From an uncultured Candidatus Saccharibacteria bacterium (GTDB lineage Bacteria; Patescibacteriota; Dojkabacteria; SC72): a stretch of DNA of 64,000 bases. The stretch lies in contig CAZLLO010000001.1 of NCBI GenBank assembly GCA_964560525.1, positions 78,651 through 142,650 on the forward strand. The letters are read 5' to 3'. How positions within the stretch are numbered: position 1 is the first letter of the stretch; every line of letters begins with the position of its first letter. Positions 1 to 9,741 of the stretch are shown here, in pieces. The notes under the pieces are model-generated. The model was not told the origin of the DNA. It ran no database searches and was given only the letters and a program-made list of their open reading frames with translations. A program made the translations under genes and the position numbers.

Positions 1-801
1 TGAGATTACAATTTTCTTTTTATCTTTATTCAACCATGCGGCCCACCAACTGAATGTGCTATTAGCAATTATTGAATGCTTGCATATACTCATCAAGAAA
101 ACATCTAAAATTGGATCGTTTACATTTCCTTCCACATACTTGATTGGGACATCGGATTTTAGATTCTTCTTTGCCCATTCAATATCGTCAGAGAATACAA
201 ATATCTTGATATCTCCAACTTTATTTTTAAGATACTGTATTGCTCGGTTGTAATAATCAAGAGTTATGATTCCTTGTTGTGCAGCTACTTCTGGATTAGA
301 AACGTAGTCCGCTCTTCTAATATGGAGAAAAACTGAATTGCAATTGTTTATTTCTTCTTGCAATTCTTTATCTGCTTCTTTCGCATATTTACTCAAATCA
401 AAGGATGTCGCTATGTCTTCTGTGTACTTCGAGAAATACTTTTGAGAAAACCAATGACCATCAAGAACAATGTCTTTTGTATTTAATGCCTTTTTAACTA
501 ATTTTTCATCATAGATAGGATCTTGATTGTCTATCTTTTCTATTTTCTCAAATCTTCTTCCAAAATATTTCAATATACTAATCAACCTACTCATTTTGAA
601 AGGAAGTAATATTCCTTTGATTTTGAAATACCCAAGTTTGTACATTCTGCTAGCTTTGTTTTTTCCAAAAGCATCAGCATAGCTTTCTAAGCTTTTATCA
701 TCTATGAAGAGTAATTGTTTCTTCTCTATTGCTAGAGCTCTTGCAAAGGCATATTGGAACATTTGATTCCCCAATGCTCCCCTTAATTTGAGTATTATCA
801 T
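1..801 (-). CDS. alpha-1,2-fucosyltransferase, GT11 family. Partial: N-terminus at 801, C-terminus runs past the window start.
   Basis: Minus-strand ATG at 801. N-terminus reads MIILKLRGALGNQMFQYAFARALA, the GT11 motif I. Near the C-terminus is GSTFSWWAAWL, the GT11 motif III. No stop codon before position 1. Confidence 0.75.
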   Translation of the reverse strand, partial: MIILKLRGALGNQMFQYAFARALAIEKKQLLFIDDKSLESYADAFGKNKASRMYKLGYFKIKGILLPFKMSRLISILKYFGRRFEKIEKIDNQDPIYDEKLVKKALNTKDIVLDGHWFSQKYFSKYTEDIATSFDLSKYAKEADKELQEEINNCNSVFLHIRRADYVSNPEVAAQQGIITLDYYNRAIQYLKNKVGDIKIFVFSDDIEWAKKNLKSDVPIKYVEGNVNDPILDVFLMSICKHSIIANSTFSWWAAWLNKDKKKIVIS

Positions 802-819
802 CTTGGGTTATATTTAATA

Positions 820-2055
820 CTATTTATCATTTTCATATTCCCACGAGGAATCTATATGGATAATTCCATCTGCATAATTAATTCCTCCAAGTCTTTGGCT
901 TTTGTTAACAATTTCAAACTTTAGGCCTGGTTCTACATAGTCATATAGCTCTTTTCCATCTATACTTCCCAACCAGAAATTCAAATTATATACTCCTGAA
1001 AAAAGGTTTAAATCCTTAATACTTAATTTGAAATTGCAATCTTTACTAACAAAGGTTTTGCTAAAAACTTTAGAGATCAAGATGCCATCATCCCTAGAAA
1101 GTATAACGGAAATGAATGCAGTATCATCATGCTTACGATTTACGATTTTCCCCTTAACAACAATTTCCTCTTCTTCGTGAAATGAGCTTACCGCATTATC
1201 TTTATTATCAAAAAGTTTCAAAGTCTCAAATATCCATTTTTTATTCCCAGGTCTATTCTCTGCTTCATCAATAGTACCCTCAAGCATAGATTTTCCTAAT
1301 GACATATACTCTCGTATAACGTCTCTCGTGTCTCCAATCATTTTAACTTCACCATGATCTAAGAGAATTGTACGATTACATAACTTCTGAATAGCTCCCA
1401 TATCATGACTTACAAAAAGAATAGTCCTACCACTTTTCTGAGTAACTTCACCCATTTTACCTAAGCATTTCTTTTGGAATTCTGCATCACCAACCGCTAA
1501 TACTTCATCAATAACTAAAATGTCTGGTTCTAAATGTGCGGCTACAGAGAATGCTAACCGAACCTGCATCCCAGAGGAATATCGCTTAACAGGCATATCC
1601 AAAAACTTCTCTACACCAGAAAATTCTACAATTTCATCAAACTTCGCCTCAATCTCCTTCTTTCTCATACCCAAAATAGCACCATTGAGATAGATATTTT
1701 CTCTTCCTGTTAATTCTGGATGAAATCCAGTACCTACTTCTAGTAAGGAAGAAATTCTTCCATTAAGACGAACTTCTCCTTCTGTAGGTTCTGTAATTCT
1801 AGAAAGTATTTTTAAAAGAGTACTCTTTCCCGCACCATTCCTACCTATGATACCGATAACCTCACCTTCTTCTACATTAAAGGAAACATTTCTTAATGCC
1901 CAGAATTCACCCTTCTTTCTAAACTTCTTTCCTCTAAGTAAGTTCATCGGAACCTTTGCGGCTTTCACAATCAAATCTCTAAGTGCAAGGTATTTTTCTC
2001 TTTCTCCAAGAGAATACTTCTTACCTAAATTTTTTACTTCTACTGCGTATTTCAT
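820..2055 (-). CDS. wzt: ABC transporter ATP-binding protein for polysaccharide/O-antigen or teichoic-acid export (Wzt/TagH type), with a C-terminal extension that probably binds carbohydrate
   Basis: Walker A is GRNGAGKST. The signature is the SSGMQVRLAF variant. Walker B is ILVIDEVLAVGD. About 160 extra C-terminal residues follow. It sits directly upstream of an ABC-2 permease. Confidence 0.8.
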   Translation of the reverse strand: MKYAVEVKNLGKKYSLGEREKYLALRDLIVKAAKVPMNLLRGKKFRKKGEFWALRNVSFNVEEGEVIGIIGRNGAGKSTLLKILSRITEPTEGEVRLNGRISSLLEVGTGFHPELTGRENIYLNGAILGMRKKEIEAKFDEIVEFSGVEKFLDMPVKRYSSGMQVRLAFSVAAHLEPDILVIDEVLAVGDAEFQKKCLGKMGEVTQKSGRTILFVSHDMGAIQKLCNRTILLDHGEVKMIGDTRDVIREYMSLGKSMLEGTIDEAENRPGNKKWIFETLKLFDNKDNAVSSFHEEEEIVVKGKIVNRKHDDTAFISVILSRDDGILISKVFSKTFVSKDCNFKLSIKDLNLFSGVYNLNFWLGSIDGKELYDYVEPGLKFEIVNKSQRLGGINYADGIIHIDSSWEYENDK

Positions 2056-2057
2056 AT

Positions 2058-2876
2058 CTATATTATATCTGCAAAATATTTTTCTACTTTCTTAAAATAC
2101 AGGTATCCTGTGATGAAAATAACTAACGTAATACCAATTGAGATGCCAAGGGTACTCCAATTTACTGCAACATTACCTAATATGGCAGCACGATGTGCCT
2201 CCACTAAACCACTCAGAGGATTTAATGATAGTAACCACTGGTATTTTCCAGCCAATGATACAGGATAGATAACTGGTGTTATATACATCAATGTTTGAGT
2301 TATGAATGGGAGTGCGTACTGTACATCTCTGTATTTTACATTTAATGCAGAGAACCAGAGTCCTATACCCACACTTAGTAACCACGTTACAAGAAGTATC
2401 ACAGGTATTAACAGCATCGAAAGAGTAAGTGGAAAATGGTAGTAAATCATCAAACCAAATACTACTAAGAATGAAATACCATAATCTATTAAGCCAACAA
2501 TTGTTGAAGAGGCAGGAATAATCACTCTTGGGAAGTAAACCTTGGTTATGAGTTTAGAATTTCCAATCATACTGTTGCTAGCTTGTGCTACTGCCGCAGA
2601 AAAATACGACCAGAGTACTAATCCAGAGTATGAAAATATTGGGTATGGAACTCCATCAGATGGAATATTCGCAATTTTTCCAAAAAGGAAAGTAAATACG
2701 ACCATTGTTAACAAAGGACGGATTATAGCCCAAAGAACACCTATTACTGTTTGTTTATACCTTACCTGAAATTCTCTAAAAGAAAGTACTCCAAAAAGTT
2801 CTCTGTAATTCCATAACTCTTTAAAGTCAAAATTCGCAAGTCCTTTTTTTGGTTTAATAACCGTTATTTCTTTCAT
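2058..2876 (-). CDS. wzm: ABC-2 type polysaccharide export permease (Wzm/TagG-like)
   Basis: 272 aa with six predicted TM helices. It is translationally coupled to the wzt ATPase gene. Confidence 0.75.
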   Translation of the reverse strand: MKEITVIKPKKGLANFDFKELWNYRELFGVLSFREFQVRYKQTVIGVLWAIIRPLLTMVVFTFLFGKIANIPSDGVPYPIFSYSGLVLWSYFSAAVAQASNSMIGNSKLITKVYFPRVIIPASSTIVGLIDYGISFLVVFGLMIYYHFPLTLSMLLIPVILLVTWLLSVGIGLWFSALNVKYRDVQYALPFITQTLMYITPVIYPVSLAGKYQWLLSLNPLSGLVEAHRAAILGNVAVNWSTLGISIGITLVIFITGYLYFKKVEKYFADII

Positions 2877-2907
2877 AATCTGAGAATCATTTTAACACAC
2901 TTTAAGA

Positions 2908-4746
2908 CTATAGTTCTACTACATCAAAGATGTACAAAACCTTCCCTTTCATACTTACTAGCTCTTTTAGCTGAAGCCATTTACACGCTTTTAAATCTCT
3001 TAACCATTCCTGATCTTCAAGTGGATATCCTTTTAAAGTAGAAGCCAGGAAGAAAACTTTCTTGATATTGTAACTTTCTAAAGAGGTTTTAAAACTTTTA
3101 AGATTGTACAAATCAAAACCATACCCATATTGAGTTCCAAATGTTTTTAAATCACGAATATCTTTAACTCCTTCTCCAAGTTTCCATTTCCATTCTACTG
3201 GCATATATGTTTCTCCATTTAAAGTAGTAAGTACATTTAAATTATCATAGCTATTAATCCAATATGGCTCATTCTTTGGCAAGAAATTGGCAACTGTTTC
3301 TACTTCTCGGTTCTTACCCCAATTTATAGCCTCACCTATCTGTCCTTGAGTATATGAAAACAAAACTGCCACACCAAACGCAGCTCCAGAAATTAAAGTC
3401 AAAAATATATATTTAAAATATTTTAATCTTGGTTTAAAAAATCTAACACATAGGATAGAGAAAAGAACTGTTTCTAAAATTACTTTTTCAAGAATATATG
3501 ATGATTCAAAGAAGAGGCCTGCAATTGTAAATATGCCTGTGCCTATTAATATCGCTAATCTTTGTTTTTGAGTAAATTTAGAGAAGAAGAATACATATAT
3601 AGCCATGATGGCGATAGCAGGAACAATAGGAAGAAGATATCGACCATGAGAAGCTCTAAGGATATAGAAGAGAATCCATACAACACATAGCAGGCTTGAG
3701 AACAGAAAGACTTTTTCTTCTTTTACTTTCTTTCTTAAATAGTTAATCAAAACTATTACACTGGCATAAAGGACTGGGAACATCACGACTTTAGAAACAG
3801 AAAGAAATGAGAATGTACGAGGATAGAGAATTTTTCCAAGATAGGAGATAAGGATGTTTAGAATGGAATTAAAAGATATCTGCCCATTTGTAGCAGAGAC
3901 TGTTTCGGAGGTTACTGCCTGTATTGTTTTCCCTCCATCTACAAGATTAAGTGTCGTTAAACCAGTTTCAAAGTGCTTTATAGTGTATTGAAGGCTATTT
4001 TGTATTAATCCAACCGTAGAAGCTAGGTACATATTTACTGGGATGATATTTGTTAGAAACATTAGTACTACCCATATCACAGATGGTAAGAAAACAATAA
4101 AGCAATGCTTGATTATATTCCACAACCTCCTCCAGAATACTTTTTCTTTAGATGTAATGAACAACCAAAGAATATACACTATTACGAATACTAAAAAGAC
4201 ATATTCTTTAGTATCTAAAAGCAAAACAAAAATGATAGACATATACCATTTGTTCCAATTTTTAAGAACCGCCCACATAAAAAGAACAATTATTAAAAGC
4301 GATGGAATTTCTCTGAGATATGTCGGCATACTTATTACGAAATGGAAATTTGTCATTAGAAATGCTGTTGCAAAGAAGGCAAACCAACCATTCTTTAAGA
4401 ATGTTTTAACCAATTTGTAAAAAAAGAAACCTACTCCAATGCCAAGGATTATGTTATATATTGTTACAACACCCACTGAAGGGCCTGTTATGAGAAATAT
4501 TAAGGCAGGAGGAAGCTTAAACAAAAAACCATGTAAACCTACACCATAGCTGCCAATCCATGTTCCATTACGGATGAGTTCAGCCATCAAAGATGTTTCT
4601 TTGTAGTACAAAGCCTCATCCTTAATCATATCTCTAAAATTAGAAAGCAAAATCATTGCTACAAAGTAAAAACCCAAGAATATATAGAATATAATATCTG
4701 GATTCTGTTTGAGCTTATTAATTATGTTGGTCAAGCTAATCTTCAT
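2908..4746 (-). CDS. Large polytopic membrane protein, putative GT-C fold glycosyltransferase (ArnT/PMT-like). Paralog A of a tandem pair.
   Basis: About 12 TM helices. An acidic KDEALYY motif lies in the first extracytoplasmic loop, the usual DE/DD signature of GT-C enzymes. Conserved blocks such as GxHGFLFKLP, YPRTFSFLSV and EWKWKL are shared with the next gene. Confidence 0.5.
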   Translation of the reverse strand: MKISLTNIINKLKQNPDIIFYIFLGFYFVAMILLSNFRDMIKDEALYYKETSLMAELIRNGTWIGSYGVGLHGFLFKLPPALIFLITGPSVGVVTIYNIILGIGVGFFFYKLVKTFLKNGWFAFFATAFLMTNFHFVISMPTYLREIPSLLIIVLFMWAVLKNWNKWYMSIIFVLLLDTKEYVFLVFVIVYILWLFITSKEKVFWRRLWNIIKHCFIVFLPSVIWVVLMFLTNIIPVNMYLASTVGLIQNSLQYTIKHFETGLTTLNLVDGGKTIQAVTSETVSATNGQISFNSILNILISYLGKILYPRTFSFLSVSKVVMFPVLYASVIVLINYLRKKVKEEKVFLFSSLLCVVWILFYILRASHGRYLLPIVPAIAIMAIYVFFFSKFTQKQRLAILIGTGIFTIAGLFFESSYILEKVILETVLFSILCVRFFKPRLKYFKYIFLTLISGAAFGVAVLFSYTQGQIGEAINWGKNREVETVANFLPKNEPYWINSYDNLNVLTTLNGETYMPVEWKWKLGEGVKDIRDLKTFGTQYGYGFDLYNLKSFKTSLESYNIKKVFFLASTLKGYPLEDQEWLRDLKACKWLQLKELVSMKGKVLYIFDVVEL

Positions 4747-6536
4747 TATCTAATAACTTTGAAAATATATATTACCTTGTTCTTTAAATTTACAGTTTCT
4801 ATTAGTGAAAGCCAATCCGCTTTAAGATATGATTCCAATCGATTTTGACGTGCGAAAGGATAATCCTCAACAGTAGAAACTGCAAGTACAACCTTCGTAA
4901 TACCTTTATTCATAACGCTCGTCTTATCTGCATCAATTGTTTTCCCAGAGGTAACATATGATGTCAATTTATCAAGCATCTTAAGTGTTTCCTTTCTGGG
5001 GACCCACGCACTGAGTTTCCATTTCCATTCAGGGTCATATCGGTTATCTCCCCTGTATACCTTTACTAGAATATCCCAACCTGCGTCATTCATTAAGATT
5101 TTTTCATCCTTACTAAACAGAGAAACTACCCTTTTTACTTCATAATCATTTCCAAAAAGTAAATACTGATGTATTTGACCGTTGGAGTAGAAGAAAAAAG
5201 CAATAACGGAAAATGTTATAGCGCTAAGGGTTAGGAGAACAGCAATGTATAGCTTTTTGAATTTTTCGTGGAAGAAGAAGTAGAAGATATATATTAAAAA
5301 TACAACAGCGTTCAGAGCTATTTTTATCCACAAATAGTCTACCTCAAAGAATAATCCGCAGATGGTTAATACTAATGTAATTAGGAAAATAGGTATGAAT
5401 TTTTTCTTTTCTTTTACAACATCCTTTAGGAATATTATGAAGAAGAAAAACACTACTGGAAGTATTGGGAATAGATATCTATCAAAAGAAGCTCGGACTA
5501 TGAATATTGTAATAAATGACCACAGAATAAGAGCAAGTGAGATAAATAAAGGGTCTTTCTTCTTGATAGCATTTTTAAACATCATAATACTGGTTAAAAG
5601 TGCAGGGAAAAATATAATCTTTGGAACGGAAAGAAATGAGAAACTTCTAGGATATATTAGCTTACCAAAATATTCCGTTGCAGTATTCAAGATTCTTCCT
5701 ACAAACGTATGTTTATCAAATAGCTGTGGTATTTCATTGGCATCCAAATCTATACGATTTACTGTCGCGGTTTCTACCTGAAAATGTTTTACATTGTATG
5801 CCAAACCTCCATCAGTAACACCTGGTATTACAGAAAGCGCATATGAATTTATCGGGATTATCGATGTCGTTAGCATCAATGTTATGAAGATTACGGTTGG
5901 GAGAAGAATTTGTAAGTATGATTTTACATATGCCCAAAGTGTCTTCAGGTTAAATCCTTTCCATTCATGGAACAATACATACAACAGATATGCAGGAAGT
6001 ATCATGTACATTACATATTCTTTAGCATCAAACATTAACATTAGGCTTAACCCTATCATCCAGTATGGCTTCTTGTAAGCTATCAAATTTAAGAAAATGA
6101 TAACCATTAAAAATACAGGAACTTCTCGCATGTATGTAGGTAAATTGAGGATGAACTGGAAGTTTGCAAAAAGCAAAATAGTACTTAGTAAAGAATATGT
6201 TTGGTTAAAATATTTTTTTAGAAATGTATAGAAGAAATACAAAGAGACACAGGCTAACAAAATGTTCCATATCGTAGCTACAGTTAATGATGGTCCTGTT
6301 AAAAGAAATGCTAAAGCAACTGGAAGCTTAAATAGAAAACCATGAGTACCTACTGCATAATTTCCAATCCATTCTCCTCGTTTTAATGCTTCGGTCATTA
6401 TAGATGTCTCCCAAAGGTAAAGATCATCATCTAGAGTTGCATTCTTGAAAAACAAGAAAAAGATCCCTAAGAGTAAACATAAGGAGATTAGTATATATAT
6501 TCCATATTTTTCTAGAAATTCTTTAATAGGTTTCAT
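4746..6536 (-). CDS. Large polytopic membrane protein, putative GT-C fold glycosyltransferase. Paralog B, in tandem with 2908-4746.
   Basis: Same architecture as paralog A. Loop 1 has a DDDLYLWE acidic motif. Blocks GTHGFLFKLP, YPRSFSFLSV and EWKWKL are shared with paralog A. Start chosen at the internal Met (MKPIKEF), giving an ATGA overlap with the upstream GT4 stop. The ORF-track start is 6587. Confidence 0.5.
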   Translation of the reverse strand: MKPIKEFLEKYGIYILISLCLLLGIFFLFFKNATLDDDLYLWETSIMTEALKRGEWIGNYAVGTHGFLFKLPVALAFLLTGPSLTVATIWNILLACVSLYFFYTFLKKYFNQTYSLLSTILLFANFQFILNLPTYMREVPVFLMVIIFLNLIAYKKPYWMIGLSLMLMFDAKEYVMYMILPAYLLYVLFHEWKGFNLKTLWAYVKSYLQILLPTVIFITLMLTTSIIPINSYALSVIPGVTDGGLAYNVKHFQVETATVNRIDLDANEIPQLFDKHTFVGRILNTATEYFGKLIYPRSFSFLSVPKIIFFPALLTSIMMFKNAIKKKDPLFISLALILWSFITIFIVRASFDRYLFPILPVVFFFFIIFLKDVVKEKKKFIPIFLITLVLTICGLFFEVDYLWIKIALNAVVFLIYIFYFFFHEKFKKLYIAVLLTLSAITFSVIAFFFYSNGQIHQYLLFGNDYEVKRVVSLFSKDEKILMNDAGWDILVKVYRGDNRYDPEWKWKLSAWVPRKETLKMLDKLTSYVTSGKTIDADKTSVMNKGITKVVLAVSTVEDYPFARQNRLESYLKADWLSLIETVNLKNKVIYIFKVIR

Positions 6537-7717
6537 TTCAAGACTTCTGTATATGTATTTAGTATCTCTTTGGATATGTTTTCCCAAGAGAATTGTTGTG
6601 AATATTGTAATATCTTTTGGCTATTCCACTTTGTATTTAAAGATTTTAATATATTCTTTGCCAGAAATACAGAATTACCTGGATTTGTAAGTGAACCATA
6701 AACATAAGAAGATATTATTTCTGGAATACCACCTACGTTGGTTCCTATGAAAGGTTTACCACATGCTAGGGATTCAAACATAACAGTCGGATTCCCTTCG
6801 TTAAGGCTTGAAGAAGCAAATATATCACAAGCTCCAAAGTAATCCATCAATTTATCATGTGGTTTCTTTCCAAGTAATTTGTAATTATCTTCAAGCTTAA
6901 GATTCTTGATTTGTTGTTTTAACACAAACTCTAAAGGACCTCCCCCTATATGTAAACATAGGATATTGGGATATTTTTCTTTTACTATTTTAATCGCGTC
7001 TATTAGATATTCATAGCCTTTCACTTCCTCTAGGTTCCCTATTGTAAGGATTATTTTGCTATCCAATGGCAAATTTAATTTTTTCCTGCTTTCTGCATGA
7101 GGTTTGAAATAGAAGAGTTCTTTTGAATAACCATTTGGGATTACATTAATATTATTGATTCCAAGCTTCTTTAGATAACTACTATTTTTCCCACTTACTG
7201 TGATTACTCTATCAGCACTTACATATACTTTCTTTAACGCATTGTTAAATCGTTTGTTTCTAAACGGAAGATCGTAAACATCATAACCATGAGCAGTAAT
7301 TATTAAGGGCTTTTTATACACGTCTTTTACTTTCATACCAACATAACCTGCACTCCAACCAAAATGTGCATGAATTAGATCGAAAGAGATATTCCTCTGT
7401 TTTAATATCCTCAAAACAGCATTTGCATGTTGTCTTCCTACCCAATAGTAAGCCCATTTAAATGGTAAGTACCAAAGAGATACGGGTATGACTTCAATAT
7501 TATTAGGTCTGTTTGATAAATCTATAGAATATTTCTTTGCATACTTCATTCTTGATCTGAGAAATGGTATTGGAAGATATCTTGAGAACTCGGCAACTGG
7601 TTGATATCTCACCAATACATACACCTTACGAAATTGCTTTGAAATGATTTCTACCTGATCTTTGATAAAGCTGTTATATGTATGACTAAGTACAAGCAGG
7701 TCTTTATCCTCAAACAT
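6533..7717 (-). CDS. Glycosyltransferase family 4 (GT-B fold)
   Basis: C-terminal EGNPTVMFESLACGKPFIGTNVGGIPEII matches the GT4 E-x7-E nucleotide-sugar motif. A GGGPLE segment is also present. Confidence 0.8.
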   Translation of the reverse strand: MFEDKDLLVLSHTYNSFIKDQVEIISKQFRKVYVLVRYQPVAEFSRYLPIPFLRSRMKYAKKYSIDLSNRPNNIEVIPVSLWYLPFKWAYYWVGRQHANAVLRILKQRNISFDLIHAHFGWSAGYVGMKVKDVYKKPLIITAHGYDVYDLPFRNKRFNNALKKVYVSADRVITVSGKNSSYLKKLGINNINVIPNGYSKELFYFKPHAESRKKLNLPLDSKIILTIGNLEEVKGYEYLIDAIKIVKEKYPNILCLHIGGGPLEFVLKQQIKNLKLEDNYKLLGKKPHDKLMDYFGACDIFASSSLNEGNPTVMFESLACGKPFIGTNVGGIPEIISSYVYGSLTNPGNSVFLAKNILKSLNTKWNSQKILQYSQQFSWENISKEILNTYTEVLK

Positions 7718-7719
7718 TA

Positions 7720-8760
7720 TTACTTAACTTCCTTTTCAAGATAATCTACCCACCATTTATTAATATCTTCTTTATCTGACAAGAGCTTTTGTAATTTTTT
7801 CTTTCCCTCTTCTTTCAAATTCTTGTTTGCCATTAATTCATCAATCTTCTTTTTTGTCTTCTCTACCATATGCTCTCTATCAGTTATTGAGTACATTAAT
7901 TTGTAGACCTTTTCCATCTCTTCACTTGCTCCAGAAGTTAACTCACTTGTGAAGATTGCATGTATACCCATAACAGCACACTCCGCACCCATTGTTAAAC
8001 CATCTCCAACAAAAAGTTGAGCATATGACATGATACTGTGCAATTTGGTATGGGGGACCTTAATGATGTATTTATCAAATTCAATTGGAAGTATCTCTTC
8101 AGAAGATACTAATACTCTTCCATATTTTTCCAGATGCTTTATAAGTTGCATCTTTTGATCATTTGTAAAACCTTTGTGTCCTAAATCATGGCTAGCATTC
8201 CAAGCTACGAACCTTACAAATGTAAATCTATCTCCTTCTTTCATTCCTACTAATTCCAAATCCTTTGGATTAGGTTTGAAATAGTGAGGATGAAGATAGA
8301 AAAGCTCTTTGAAAGTCTCAACTCTCATCTGTTTCTTACCTAAATCAGTTCTGTAAAACATAGGAGTCAGTATTTTGTATGAAAATAGCTTTGAGAAGAA
8401 AAGAGATTCAACTGATCTTTCTGTATCGCAGTACGCAATATTCTTCTTTCCTATTAGAAATGCCGTCATAGCCATCATTGGAGAAGGTCTACCAATGAGA
8501 ACATCGGCCTTAAACTTCACCGCTTCTATACAATGTCTAAATGTAGAGGTTACCAATATGAACGCTTTATCTATCTTGTTCTTTCCTGTTGTATTTCCAA
8601 TTATTGTATATGGAATTTTGTATTCATCTAGTATCTCCCAGTTCCTATCTTTCTTAATTACCAATACCTTTACCTTATGTCCCCTTTGTTCCAGTAGCTT
8701 AATAATATTGTGGAATTGATGAGCCCATGCGGGATGAGAAATGGATATAAGGACATTCAT
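7720..8760 (-). CDS. DUF354-like GT-B fold protein, epimerase- or glycosyltransferase-related
   Basis: N-terminus ISISHPAWAHQFHNIIKLLEQRGHKV resembles the DUF354 signature (xNxPHVhfF..iIkeL..GHeV). 346 aa. Confidence 0.45.
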   Translation of the reverse strand: MNVLISISHPAWAHQFHNIIKLLEQRGHKVKVLVIKKDRNWEILDEYKIPYTIIGNTTGKNKIDKAFILVTSTFRHCIEAVKFKADVLIGRPSPMMAMTAFLIGKKNIAYCDTERSVESLFFSKLFSYKILTPMFYRTDLGKKQMRVETFKELFYLHPHYFKPNPKDLELVGMKEGDRFTFVRFVAWNASHDLGHKGFTNDQKMQLIKHLEKYGRVLVSSEEILPIEFDKYIIKVPHTKLHSIMSYAQLFVGDGLTMGAECAVMGIHAIFTSELTSGASEEMEKVYKLMYSITDREHMVEKTKKKIDELMANKNLKEEGKKKLQKLLSDKEDINKWWVDYLEKEVK

Positions 8761-8765
8761 TTTTA

Positions 8766-9725
8766 TTATTTTTTGAATTTAGAGTAGTGTTCTTTCTTGG
8801 TATAGTAAAGAATCTTTTCTTGGTTATTCAGCATCCTTCCCAACATATCGGAAAGTACTGCGACTATTAGTATAATTAGAGAGAGAGAGATCAAATATAT
8901 TCCTGTAAACCCTACAAATTTGTATGGTGAGAAATCTCCTGTTGTGACCCAATGTATGAGCAAGAAAAGAACACATATTAAACCGATAACAAATGGGATT
9001 GCAGAAAGCAAGCCAAAGAACTTCATTGGAGCGAAATCTCTAAATGCTCTTAAGATGTTGAAAGTTGAAACTGTAATAAAATTCAAAAGACTTTTTACAA
9101 CACGAGATTTTCTTCCATTGTAATATTTGATTGAAATTGGAACTTGAGCAATATCCAAATTCTTCGAGGCCATTAACTGAAATGATTCTTGTGTATACGT
9201 ATACTTACTATTGATATTCATATGTAGCATTGCTTCTCTGTCATATGCTCTGAAACCACAAGTCACATCTTGGTATTTATTTTCTGTTAGCTTACTTACT
9301 ACATATGCCCCAAGTTTATTACCATAGAACTTACCGTTTGACATATTTTCTGGTTTGCCACTCTTTGAGAATCTATTTCCAGCGACAAAATTAGCCTTCT
9401 CATCCAATATCGGTTGTACTAACAAGGGAATTTCTTCTGGAAGAAACTGTAGATCTCCATCAATATTAACTGCAATATCCGCGCCTAATTCCAAAGCTTT
9501 GTTAATTGCCAATTGAAAAGAATATGCTAGCTTCTTTTGTTTTAGGTTTGAAAGTACAAGGGCTTTATTATCTTTTGCTACTTTGACAGTATTGTCCGTG
9601 CTTCCATCATCTATAACTACCTTAACTATCTCGTCTATACCTGTAATTTTACTTGGAATTCTACTTAGCAATTCACCAATTGTGTTCTCTTCGTTTAGGC
9701 AGATTGAAAAAACAACTAATTTCAT
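8766..9725 (-). CDS. GT2 polyprenyl-phosphate sugar transferase (Dpm1/GtrB/ArnC-like)
   Basis: N-terminal GT-A domain with VVIDDGSTDNT and NIDGDLQ (DxD) motifs. Two C-terminal TM helices, which is typical of lipid-carrier sugar synthases. Confidence 0.75.
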   Translation of the reverse strand: MKLVVFSICLNEENTIGELLSRIPSKITGIDEIVKVVIDDGSTDNTVKVAKDNKALVLSNLKQKKLAYSFQLAINKALELGADIAVNIDGDLQFLPEEIPLLVQPILDEKANFVAGNRFSKSGKPENMSNGKFYGNKLGAYVVSKLTENKYQDVTCGFRAYDREAMLHMNINSKYTYTQESFQLMASKNLDIAQVPISIKYYNGRKSRVVKSLLNFITVSTFNILRAFRDFAPMKFFGLLSAIPFVIGLICVLFLLIHWVTTGDFSPYKFVGFTGIYLISLSLIILIVAVLSDMLGRMLNNQEKILYYTKKEHYSKFKK

Positions 9726-9741
9726 TTTTTTAATATTTAAA

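Noticed and set aside
56-253. 65-aa plus-strand ORF
   Set aside because: It is antisense inside the GT11 fucosyltransferase gene, which has strong family motifs on the minus strand.
4043-6078. Several 90-140-aa plus-strand ORFs (4043-4420, 5362-5781, 5794-6078)
   Set aside because: They are antisense to the two GT-C-like membrane protein genes. None has motifs and none has an RBS.
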